In this document: positions 50,657 to 60,998 of the stretch, in pieces | Layout of the letters: each line of letters opens with the position of its first letter | How positions within the stretch are numbered: position 1 is the stretch's first letter | Source of the DNA: Botryllus schlosseri | Lineage: Eukaryota | Length of the DNA stretch: 64,000 nt | Reading direction: 5' to 3' | Assembly (NCBI GenBank): GCA_051294905.1 | Contig: CM119380.1 | Span: forward strand, 20,646,001-20,710,000 | Translations under genes and position numbers: made by a program | The notes under the pieces: model-generated | Database searches by the model: none | Seen by the model: the letters and a program-made list of their open reading frames with translations, nothing else | What the model was told of the DNA's origin: nothing

Positions 50657-50967
50657 GTATGTGATGCTACATACCTAACGTATTTTCGCTACGTTACCTC
50701 TGCGTCGTATCCAGAGGTAGTCAGTAACGAAGTACTTCTACGTTTGGAGTACGCAAATAGGTTGTGCATGTTCATAATTTCACTGCTTACTCGAGGGATA
50801 ATTATTTTTGAGTACTTCTATTTCACTTTTCACTGTTTTTAAGCAAGAATTCGATCTGTAATACTTATTTTTTACTTACTTGCAAATCTCGACTTGGACT
50901 CGTACTGGAGTGGAAACTTACGGAGTTACTTTTGCTCCTACTTGACTAACAAAGATTACTGCTTCAG

Positions 50968-51180
50968 AACCTGCTCGAGTCCATCGAAAACAAGCTGGCA
51001 GACGTGGAGCAACAATACAAAAACTCCCAACTGGACCGGACCCTACCCGCGGCGACCGCATACGTGGAGACCAAGGACGAATTGGAGCCCTGGCTGGCTA
51101 CAACCAAAGTCGCCGTGGAATCGTTCAAACCGCCCGCCATACTGGGAGAGGAGTTGAAATCGCAGCAAGACGAGGCGAAG
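50968..51180 (+). CDS. MACF1: Spectraplakin rod exon
   Basis: YVETKDELEPWLATTK...ELKSQQDEAK; phase 0-0. Confidence 0.9.
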
Positions 51181-51744
51181 GTGATTCTGATTTTGAAAGT
51201 GAATTTATCCCCCTTTGTATCACAATAATGACGTGTCTTCTTACGTATAGAGTCTGTTTCCGACCGATGTTTTCGCGTGCGAGGTAAATATGTCGGTGAA
51301 TGGGCAGTTACGGGTTATTAAGAGATATTGGTGCATATGTTTCAAATGTGACATTTTGAAACAGACTCCTGTAGCGAATAGTTGGGTCGGAAAAACGTTT
51401 TCGTTTTAACTTGGGTGACTGGTTGCGGGCTCCTTTTCAGATTATTTCCATCATTCTACACAGTAATGATGAACTAATCACTGCAGCAGATTTTCTATAC
51501 TAACTGAACTTGAAATGAAATGATTCTAGTTATAATTATGTATCATCAATTTCGACAATTGCGATTATGGTAAAGGTGCGATTAGTGGCATGCACGCGGT
51601 GGCTTATTGCGCAATTTCCATTATCGTATAGTAGGCTTGTCAGGATTCTAAATACGGGAAATCGACCTGCTGGAAAATTACCATACATGTGGAAACACGA
51701 TTTATTCCAATGAACTTCATTCATTCTCTGCTTTGGTGTTTCAG

Positions 51745-51826
51745 GCACTGAAGGAAGACATATCCGACCGCAGGCCGTACGTGGACAAGTTGAACAAGAC
51801 AGGAGCTCAACTATCGCAGCTTCTTG
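51745..51826 (+). CDS. MACF1: Spectraplakin rod exon
   Basis: ALKEDISDRRPYVDKLNKTGAQL; phase 0-1. Confidence 0.9.
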
Positions 51827-51935
51827 GTAAATAGTCTCTACTGATCCAATTTTTCTCTCCTCTAGAGAGCACCTCAGTCGGGATAGCATACATGATTTAC
51901 GGTGATCGAACTTTGTCTTATCTTATCCGCTGCAG

Positions 51936-52069
51936 TTGCTGACAACCCGGACCTGGCCGCTGAGGTTGTAAAGTCGACTGATGACGTCAACAAAGAGTAC
52001 GCTAGTCTCAGAGAAGCCGTACGCAGCCGTTCGGCCGAATTGGATAACGCCCTTGGAGAATCTAGCCAG
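51936..52069 (+). CDS. MACF1: Spectraplakin rod exon
   Basis: YASLREAVRSRSAELDNALGESSQ; phase 1-0. Confidence 0.9.
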
Positions 52070-52188
52070 GTTCGACAAGTCTCCATAGGCGTAGTTTATA
52101 CAATAATTAATTGACGTCGCTGGAACGAATGACGGCACAATCCCAGAGCCTAAAGGCGCGTATAGCTAAAAGTCGTGGTATCTTTTAG

Positions 52189-52308
52189 TTCTTCGAGCGG
52201 CTCAAATCTCTCATGGACCAGCTGAGTAACATACGGGCCGCCATTACTTCGTATCCTCCCGTGGTGATCGAGGCCGACAAAGTCAAAGAGCGCATCGAGA
52301 AAGTGAAG
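52189..52308 (+). CDS. MACF1: Spectraplakin rod exon
   Basis: FFERLKSLMDQL...PPVVIEADKVKERI; phase 0-0. Confidence 0.88.
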
Positions 52309-52369
52309 GTAACCGTGTCTTTTGCCTAATGTTTGTGGCGAAAAGACTTGAATATAACTTTGCGTTCAG

Positions 52370-52478
52370 TTGCACGAGGTTGAAATGGCCAAACTTTTGC
52401 CGACCTACAACAGCGTGAAAAACCAAGGGCAGAAACTGACGGAGCGTAGAGCGGGCGCCGGTGACCAGCACGCCAAAT
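52370..52478 (+). CDS. MACF1: Spectraplakin rod exon
   Basis: EMAKLLPTYNSVKNQGQKL; donor T|GTCAGT; phase 0-1. Confidence 0.8.
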
Positions 52479-52803
52479 GTCAGTGTACAATGGACTCTAT
52501 GTACTTTTCCCTCTATATGCTAATTAGCGCCATCCCTACTGTGCTCAACTACGTATTCTAGGGTTTCAAGTCACGCATTAGACTCGCAACTACCTGCACA
52601 GTTCACGTCATAAACGAGGTTTCATAAAAATCATTGATATGAATTACGATATTATGCTATAGTGAAAATAATTGTCAGCACTTGACATAAGATTGTAAGG
52701 TGACTTTCCTCACTGTGCTGGACTGGACCACTGCCCACATTCATATACTAACCCAGACATTGGTAAATTTACGATTATTTCTAAGAGTGTACTCGCATTC
52801 CAG

Positions 52804-53033
52804 TGGTGGAAGACAAACTCGACAAGCTGTTCGCGGCCTGGCAAGAGCTCGGTGACATGATGGCGAGCCTCCTGAAAGCGCTGCTAGACTTGCTGGCCGG
52901 CTGCCGCCAATTATGGACCGGCGCCGACACGCTGCAGTCACTCCTCAAAGAGCACAACGCACAGATCTCGCAAAAGGTTGGAGAGCCTTGCGCGGAATTG
53001 GTGGCGATCAAGGAACAAATGGAGGTGTTGGAG
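52804..53033 (+). CDS. MACF1: Spectraplakin rod exon
   Basis: VEDKLDKLFAAWQEL; phase 1-0. Confidence 0.88.
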
Positions 53034-53184
53034 GTAATGGGACATCTAGTCTGTAAGCCAGGGGCATCGGTTCGCGTAATTGTCTTGGTGTCGTTTGGAG
53101 CCGTTTCAATTACGTAATCGATCTCGAGGCCAAGTGGGCGATCTCCAATTTATGCTTACGCCGTATGCCTGTCTTTTTACGCAG

Positions 53185-53328
53185 ACGCTGTGTGAAGAGA
53201 TGTCGTCTTTGGATAAAGATTTGGGTGCGATAGGGGTAGAAGCGGGTGAGCTTTGCTCGCGCGAAGGTACCCCCAGACAGCCCGGCGACTCGCCGGAATC
53301 GATGGAGGTGAAGAAAGTCATGGACGAG
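53185..53328 (+). CDS. MACF1: Spectraplakin rod exon
   Basis: TLCEEMSSLDKDL...EVKKVMDE; phase 0-0. Confidence 0.87.
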
Positions 53329-54172
53329 GTGCGTTGTAGAAAAGCAATCAATATCGATCACTATAAGATGTTATTTGACTGCGATGATGATTTGTTTGTA
53401 AAGTTATACATTCGGCGTCGTTGCGATAATAACCAACCAATTGGGGTGATAAACATGCTTAATACGTGAGCGTGATAACGTAAACGCAGTTTAATTATTT
53501 ACGATTTTAAAAGCAAGTGTCTCCTATTTCCTAACACGCTATGTAAGTAATGTTCTCTCGTGTTATATATAACTTTTACGTCATAAGTATCTTCCCCCAT
53601 TCAATCTGCGCCATTGGAATTTATTCCTGCTTGTGATCGATTCAAATCCGATTCGAACCATGGCCTGTTTGATTCGTACCAGCTCTTTCGAATCAAATAT
53701 CGACGGGATAAGCGGAAAAGAACGAAGATTTTCATCGAAATACCACTAATACTAATAATAAATTATTAGATGGTCGACTCGTATTGGCTGTGATTCGAAA
53801 TTACCCGAATATTCGAAATCCCGCAGAATTCCGATGAAATACTGCTTATAATAAGATAAATTAATGAATGACCGATTCGCATCGACTTGGATTCGAAATT
53901 GCCCGAATATTCGTACTGTGTAATGGGCTGGAATTCACGAAACATATTATTGAAATAGTACTTTTAATAATACTAAATGCCCGATTCTCATTGACTGTGT
54001 TTCTGAATTGCACGAATATTTGAAATATCGAATTGGCGTGAATTAACACAAAATACTGCTACAAATAATACATAAATAAATGCATTGACTGTGATGCGAA
54101 ATCACCAGTTGTTGTTCCGGATTCATCCCACAACCGTGTGCGCCAATCTCAACCCGCATCTCATTCGTTCAG

Positions 54173-54376
54173 CTGCACGCGACCTGGAACTCGCTCCAAG
54201 GAAACGTGAGCAAGACAAAGTCCAAGCTAGACGAAGCCATGGCAGAAGCCGTCGAATTCCAAGACGCGGTCCAGCGCATGCTAGACCTGGTCGGCGAGGA
54301 AATCGAAAACGTAGACAAAATGGCGCCGGTTGCCGCGGAATTGGCCTCGGTAAAGGCGCAAGTCGAAGAACTGAAG
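54173..54376 (+). CDS. MACF1: Spectraplakin rod exon
   Basis: LHATWNSL...KLDEAMAEAVEFQDAVQRML; phase 0-0. Confidence 0.92.
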
Positions 54377-54441
54377 GTAAGTTACTCCTTTGGTCGCCGA
54401 TGTCGCGGGATTTAGCGCGGATTGTCGCTTTTCGCGTGCAG

Positions 54442-54615
54442 GACTTCCGCGCGCACACCCACGCGCATCAGATCGAGCTGGAGCGGCTTTGCAATCGCGG
54501 CGAGCTGATGGCTTCGCGAGCTAAGGGAGATGCGGAGAAATGCGCGCTGAAAGCTTCCGTGGCGGAGATGCGCGACTCTTGGCAGGCGCTGGATGATAAG
54601 ATTCTGGCGCGGCAG
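54442..54615 (+). CDS. MACF1: Spectraplakin rod exon
   Basis: HQIELERLCNRGELM...WQALDDKILARQ; phase 0-0. Confidence 0.92.
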
Positions 54616-55068
54616 GTACGTGGGCGCTTGACAGATGTACACAAGTATACTGTACAGTGTACAGTTTACACATCGTACATAGGGCTGTTCAAAGAAACGT
54701 TTTTTTGCAATTGGCTCAGTTCCAACTAGTAGAAGTGGTTGGAAAACCTAATCGAAATTTCGGCAATTAAGTGGAATAATAGTCTTTACGGTCTTTACAT
54801 CTCTTCGTCACGATCAGACATCATGTTGTAGGCTGTTCACGGGTTTTGTCTTAAGAAGGGTATGTGATAGAGTTTTGCTAATGACAAAAATATGACGCTG
54901 ATTAGCTGGATATTAGTAAACTTTCTCGAAGAAGCGTCAATAAAACGTTGGTGATATTGTCGAATATCGCCAAGTGTTTGTAGCATCTTTTTTCATTTCG
55001 AATTTGTCGCTAGCATGCACGCCCCCCCCCCCCCCCCCAATACATTGTAACGCGCGGCTATATTCCAG

Positions 55069-55227
55069 CACGAATTGGAAGAGGCTATGCTCACGTTGGG
55101 TCAGTTGCATCACGCGATCAGCGAGTTGGAGGGATGGCTGGAAACGACCGACCGCGAATTGGACTCGCTGGCGCCGCCTCCTATCGACAACCCGAGACAA
55201 CTCGAGATCGAACTCGCCAAACACAAG
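55069..55227 (+). CDS. MACF1: Spectraplakin rod exon
   Basis: HELEEAMLTLGQLHHAISELEGWL...LEIELAKHK; phase 0-0. Confidence 0.93.
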
Positions 55228-55421
55228 GTAGGTCGTCGCAGACGCGTTCGGTTGTGGCGATTGTTTGGCGGTGGGCGGGAAATTTGCAACTATCACATTC
55301 GTTGATTTCTATCGAAAAGTAGCATGACGGGATAACGTAATAACATCGTAATTTCAAATATAGGTCATGATAGCTAGCACATTGGTTGATTTCTTGTGCT
55401 ACGCCGCAATTTCGATTGCAG

Positions 55422-55763
55422 ATCATGTGGAATGATATATCCGCTCACAAAGTCACCCTGGACGCGATTACCTCCGCCGCCCTGGAGATCAGCTCATCCA
55501 CCACGGACGACCCCGCCAGTCCCACCAAAACGAACGGGGTGGACGCGAAAGTGTCCGGTCTGGTCGGACAGTGGGAGGAGGTGAACGCCAAGGCTCAGGC
55601 ACGCCAGTGGGAGCTGGAGGAAGCCTTGGAGAGGGCCCAGGACAGGCAGAAAGAATTGGATCTGCTGTCAAGGTGGTTGCAGGATAAGGATTATGAGTTG
55701 GCACAGAGCGTGCCGTACGGGGGACTCCCAGAGACTGCTTTGGAGCAGCTCAACGCACATAAC
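55422..55763 (+). CDS. MACF1: Spectraplakin rod exon
   Basis: NDISAHKVTLD...GGLPETALEQLNAHN; phase 0-0. Confidence 0.93.
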
Positions 55764-56275
55764 GTAAGTGTTATTTCAAGTTGAGTTAGTGTATGGCTAA
55801 TCAGGGATTGGTGACACTTTCGGGTTGCTTTCGTAACCGCTACTTCATAGTATGGTTACGAACTCGCTACAGCTCTTGGGTGTCATGAGTTAAGTGCTAA
55901 CCAACTGTAAAATTTGAGTGTCGAAATTTCAAAAAAGGTCATTGCAAACAATATATAACATGTGACAGCGGACATAAAATACTCGAATGATAGGTTTGCG
56001 CAATAATATAGGACTGTTGCCCGAACGTGACTTCTATGTGAAGGAATTATAGAACTGCGTAATACTGTGAATATACGGTTTTTACGCATTTTTGAGACAC
56101 GTACACTGGAATACGAATATTTAAATCGACGCGAATCCGCAGCCGTGGATTATTCAATTTATAATCACATACGCGAAGCTCCTTCTCCGATTCGATCGAC
56201 TTGTTAGCACTCCTGTCATGATTGCAACTGAACTTTAATGGGTGTCGACATGCGAACAATTGAAATTTTACGCAG

Positions 56276-56398
56276 GATCTCATGGCCGAACTTGCGAAGA
56301 GAAAGGCGCTCTCCGACAAGTTGGAATCGTCCGACTCCGCGGCCGTAGCCCTAAAAGACAAATTGCTGGCGCTGGAAAAGAAAATGGAACAGAGAAAA
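56276..56398 (+). CDS. MACF1: Spectraplakin rod exon
   Basis: DLMAELAKRK...KKMEQRK; phase 0-0. Confidence 0.85.
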
Positions 56399-56463
56399 GT
56401 AATGTGACACCTCACTTGTTAACAGAACACGGTTCTACCAAGTTTGGGCTGTTTTGGTCGCAG

Positions 56464-56619
56464 GACAAGCTGGAGGAAGTGCTGGAGCAAGCGCAGAAGT
56501 TCCACGACGACCTGCAGGCGTTCATGCAGTGGCTCGCCGATTCCGAGAAGGCTTTGGACTCCCAGCCACCTCCCAGCATTGTGATGGAGACTTTGGATAA
56601 GCAAATGGAAAAACAAAAG
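56464..56619 (+). CDS. MACF1: Spectraplakin rod exon
   Basis: DKLEEVLEQAQKFHDDLQAFMQWLADSEKAL; phase 0-0. Confidence 0.93.
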
Positions 56620-57292
56620 GTTCTCATAGGAAAATAAATAATGGCACTATCGCAAATACATGCAAAATTTAATCAGTTTCTGCGACACGGGCTATTTCCC
56701 GCTGTTCTTAGGACGATTTCATACGTTAAACTCTCGTCGAAAGGGTGTGTATCAGCACCCGTGTACCACCCCTGTTATGCGGGTGTAAATATACACCCCG
56801 ATGATACACGAATCCAGGACCTACCTCAGAATTACACCACGGTATAAATCAAACACAACATTTTAATCCACATAATGCTTGTACGTATGGAATTAGGATT
56901 CATGACCGCGATGTAATTCTGAGTTAGGGTATGTTTTCCTGTAGCACCTTTGGGTGTGAATGCACACCCTTGTCGATGAGAGTGTGCTTCCATTTGTTAT
57001 TGAGTAGAAATTTTCAGCATTACTTCGACTTGAGTATTATTTAGCGATAAATTTGACCACTGACTGCCTCTGTATGTATGCTGGACTCTAAAACGCCGAT
57101 ATTGTAGTGTCCGGTACTGTAGAGCTGGCCAGCAAACCATTTTTTTTCGTGGGTGTATGCCCTCGTTGCCTTGCTATTTCTCGATATTCGGAATGTGTCA
57201 TATTGACACCGAATAATACAAATTATCGGTGTTTCGCTATTACATTTATTCCTTATTCTCTATGACTAAGTAATCATCGAAATTTCGTCAAG

Positions 57293-57426
57293 GCTATGGA
57301 AACGGACGTACGACAGCATAGAGACGTGTTGCTGGATCTGGACAAGGCCGGCAATCATTTGAAATACTTCTCGCAAAAGCAAGACGGAATACTGATAAAG
57401 AACTTGCTTCTGTCGGTGCACGCGAG
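57293..57426 (+). CDS. MACF1: Spectraplakin rod exon
   Basis: AAG acceptor; HRDVLLDLDKAGNHLKYFSQKQDGILIKNLLLSV; phase 0-2. Confidence 0.9.
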
Positions 57427-57492
57427 GTAGGCGTTTGAAAAAGGGAAGCTCGGCGTTGATTTTTGTGCATTTCCGTGTGCGATCACTTTCAG

Positions 57493-57565
57493 GTGGGATA
57501 AGATCACGTCGCGCGTGTCGGAAAGATCGTTCTTGCTGAACGACTTCCACAAGAAAGCAAGCCAA
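57493..57565 (+). CDS. MACF1: Spectraplakin rod exon
   Basis: WDKITSRVSERSFLLNDFHKKASQ; phase 2-0. Confidence 0.9.
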
Positions 57566-58046
57566 GTAAGTGCGGCATTATTGCATGTCGGTATTCGCAC
57601 TAACCAACGCGCCTAACTCAATCAGCCTCTGTTACTTGATGACACACCATGAATTGACATTCGACGGTTCTCCTGTTGCATTTCAGGAAAACCAGTATAT
57701 TCAAATTTAAATTTCAGCATTTCGCTCTAATTCGTCTAATCAGACATTATCTAGTTGTCTAAATATGTCTCACAGTTGCCAATTGGTAGTGTGTTAGAAT
57801 GTAATATAATATACAGGCTACGGGCATAACATAAGATATTCGATACAGGCGAGTTATGTATTTGCGACACGCTTCGCCGCTCTCTCGCTTTTAGTATGCG
57901 CGGTCGCTCTGCTGGCAAAGCCATTGTTGTCACTCTTGAGCCGGCGCATTCTCTTCTATTCTCCCGCTCTCACGCGCAACAACCGTGAAGGTACCAATTA
58001 AAGACACCACCCTTTAAATTCGAATTTACGCGAAGGTCGCGTAGTC

Positions 58047-58119
58047 GCCCCGGTGGCCTAATGGATAAGGCATTGGCCTCCTAAGCCAAGGATTGTGGGT
58101 TCGAGTCCCATCCGGGGTG
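58047..58119 (+). tRNA. tRNA-Arg-CCT: tRNA-Arg (anticodon CCT), intronic, no intron of its own
   Basis: 73-nt cloverleaf: acceptor GCCCCGG/CCGGGGT, D arm GCCT-AATGGATA-AGGC, anticodon stem TTGGC/GCCAA with loop CTCCTAA, T loop TTCGAGT; TTTT about 8 nt downstream. Confidence 0.95.
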
Positions 58120-58166
58120 AGTCCGTATTTTGCTTTGAATTGATTGCTATTTTCATATCGCCACAG

Positions 58167-58286
58167 TTCTACGAATCATGGGATAAACTCACGGATTGGA
58201 TTAATTCCGCCGACGCAAGCTTAGACAGAAGCCAACCGCCTACTGGTGATCCCGACAAAATCAAGATACTGCTTGCCGATCACAAG
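58167..58286 (+). CDS. MACF1: Spectraplakin rod exon
   Basis: FYESWDKLTDWI...DPDKIKILLADHK; phase 0-0. Confidence 0.93.
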
Positions 58287-58569
58287 GTATAGTTTTCTCT
58301 TGAATCGTGCAAATTGGGAATTGTATAAAGCCGAATATTTTCGGATAACGCTCGTCAGTGTAATCGTCAGCAACTAGTACATAATTAAAAAGAACATTGT
58401 GTATCAATAATCGTATCCCCAAATATGAATATTTCAATAAACGAATATAGTATTCAATTGTGTACTGAAGTTCTGTAACTCCAACAGTGTATTTATGTAC
58501 GTTGAGCAATATGATATTGTAGCCTACATCGAATCCAACTTTTCGCTAGTAACGCGACTTTATGCTAAG

Positions 58570-58739
58570 GAATTTCAACTCGCCGTCGCTTCCAAGCGGC
58601 CTGTTTACGACGCTACAACAAGAAGCGGCAAGGCGCTACGAGATAAGGGACACACCTACGCCGATAAAAGCCACGTAGATGACAAACTACGACGATTGAA
58701 GGAGAATTGGGACGCCCTGTGCAGAAACGCATCAGAAAG
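58570..58739 (+). CDS. MACF1: Spectraplakin rod exon
   Basis: EFQLAVASKRPVYDATTRSGKALRDK; phase 0-2. Confidence 0.93.
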
Positions 58740-58803
58740 GTAATGCACGTTTTTGTCTTCAATCGGCAGCAGTTTTGCAATGTTTTGCGCGACTCTACTT
58801 CAG

Positions 58804-58963
58804 GGAAAACCGCTTGGAAGAAGCGCTTATGGTGTCCGGCAGGCTGATTGACGCGATCGAATCTCTGTTCGATTGGCTGTATAAGGTTGAACCGCTGGTA
58901 GCCGGAGACAGCCCGGTCCACGGCGACGTACACACAGTCGCAAATTTGACGGATCAACACAAC
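58804..58963 (+). CDS. MACF1: Spectraplakin rod exon
   Basis: LEEALMVSG...DWLYKVEPLVAGDSPVHGD; phase 2-0. Confidence 0.94.
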
Positions 58964-59630
58964 GTGAGTGTATAAGGTTTGCCGACTATTGAAACGCTAT
59001 GGGTACACAATCTTTCGTGAAATAGGGTCAAGTTGACTGAAAGAGTGACGAATTACTATTAATATCCAAATATTCGTACATATGTAGAAAAATGACTACT
59101 AACGATTGAATTACGCCTACAATAAGCTACCGGGAAAAGTTCGCGGGCATCTGGGAGAGTTTTATCTCTGCATAGGTCGGTTAAGCTACCGCATCCCGTG
59201 GCCGTGGCCGTGAATGAACTCAGAGAGACACCAACTGTAATTTTTCTGAATAATCTAAAACACGGTCGCCTACCTTCCCGAAAGCATTTACCACTAGAGG
59301 TGGGCAAAGGTCAAATTAGTCACCGCAATTACTCAAGTAGAATCGGAGTTCGCAAATTTCAACTCGAGTGCAAGTAAAAATTCGATTTTTAAAGGATTCT
59401 AGGCCTAGTTTTACCTGAAAACAACTCGAAAACTTTCAAGGGTCTAAAATCATAACCACTCGAGTATATGCTGAAATCTGCTGAAAACGAGCTCTCACCG
59501 CAATAGTTACACGAAACTGACAGTCCGTAACAGCTTAAAAATGGGCCGAAGTTCCGACATTCGGCACCCAACTGCGATTTTCATTCGTCGACGTTGATCA
59601 CGATGCCATAATCCCGCTATGATGTCACAG

Positions 59631-59741
59631 GCGTTGCTGAATGATATCGACGCGCGGGAAGCCGTCGTGCAGTCGCTGCGCAAGTCGGCCGGGGAAATGT
59701 CGGAAGACGCCGACTCTTCGTGGGTCAAGGCTCAAATGCAG
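59631..59741 (+). CDS. MACF1: Spectraplakin rod exon
   Basis: VQSLRKSAGEMSEDADSSWVKAQMQ; phase 0-0. Confidence 0.92.
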
Positions 59742-60034
59742 GTGCGTGGAAAATATAGCTCCCGAGTAGGGCACAATGATTCGAGACAAGGAAAGTCAGA
59801 TAAGATTGTGGAGTATGGATGACGTGAAAATTTTGAATCTGTACACTTTTTATGCGACTACAAAGAAAACAATGCGGGTTCTACAGTGCGTTAAAGCTAA
59901 TTTGGTGTCTTTCCGACCATAACTCTTTGAAGAGACGTGCTCTAATCATCGTGCCCAGGCCTACTCGTTAATTATTTAATTGTGCGATTTTGATAAATGC
60001 CGCTTGATGTGTAAACTCCGTTTCGCGTTTTCAG

Positions 60035-60220
60035 GAACTTGACATGAGATGGGACGCGCTTTGTAAGTTCGCCAAAGTGAAGGAGGCTAGGCTTGGTTCG
60101 GCCAAGGCTCAGGCGGAAGAATTCCAAGTGTCGGCGCGCGACATCCTAGATTGGCTCACCAACGCCGAGACCAGCCTGAGGCTGAATCAGCAGCTACCCG
60201 ACGACGAATTTCAGTTACAG
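60035..60220 (+). CDS. MACF1: Spectraplakin rod exon
   Basis: ELDMRWDALCK...LDWLTNAETSLR...LPDD; phase 0-0. Confidence 0.93.
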
Positions 60221-60384
60221 GTAAAATATGCGTGCTGCCTTTTCCCGGATCTAAATTACCATGAAATATAGATCGGATGTTGCGAAGTTATAAGCCGCAA
60301 AAGTCTGTTTGACTACAGTTGTACTAGTTCTTCGTCGACACTTTCAATTTCATCTAAAATTCTAAACAAACGCTATCTTGACAG

Positions 60385-60549
60385 GAACTGAAGGCAGCTA
60401 ATCTCGAATTCGAAGCCGAATCGCGGAAAAAGAAGGTCGAACTCGAACGCTCTCTCGCGCTGGGCCACGCTATTTTGAACCAGGCCCATCCGGACGCGAT
60501 CACGCCACTGAAGCATTGGCTCACCGTACTACAATCGAGATGGGACGAG
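60385..60549 (+). CDS. MACF1: Spectraplakin rod exon
   Basis: LGHAILNQAHPDAITPLKHWLTVLQSRWDE; phase 0-0. Confidence 0.93.
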
Positions 60550-60630
60550 GTACAGCGTCTTTGTGATAAGATACTGATAATAATAATAACTGATAATAAA
60601 TACAAAATTCTGTGATCCACTGTGACGTAG

Positions 60631-60800
60631 GTCGTGACGTGGGCACAGCAGCACGGCGACCGTGTCGATGAGTCCATCAGGGAGAAGGAAGAGAGAGATG
60701 CTCTGTTTAATGAGCTGATGAATTGGCTAAAAAACGCGGAGAGCACGCTCGACATCAACAACGACCAACCCATGCCGAAAGCCGTGGATGACATTGAAAA
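60631..60800 (+). CDS. MACF1: Spectraplakin rod exon
   Basis: VVTWAQQH...ELMNWLKNAESTL; donor AA|GTCAGT; phase 0-2. Confidence 0.9.
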
Positions 60801-60998
60801 GTCAGTACGCAATTCCGTGCTTCCAAATCTATTTGTTCTTTTACGGTAGTTTTCGGGACATATAATAACAATATATATGGAGCTTCGTTTATAGCAATAT
60901 GCCATACTTAGACTAGACCAAATTCCATAATGTCGCGTGACAACTGTATCTGCGATACGCAACGAAAGGAATACGATGTTAATACCAGCAATTCTGAT

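Noticed and set aside
52478-60801. Non-canonical introns of the kind seen in larvaceans
   Set aside because: All traced introns are GT-AG. Weak sites (GTCAGT donors, AAG acceptors at 57292 and 58569) are still canonical.
60354-60962. Long minus-strand ORFs opposite rod exons (e.g. 202 aa here, 169 aa at 7497, 151 aa at 24160)
   Set aside because: Shadow ORFs antisense to GC-rich coding exons or repeats; no independent evidence.
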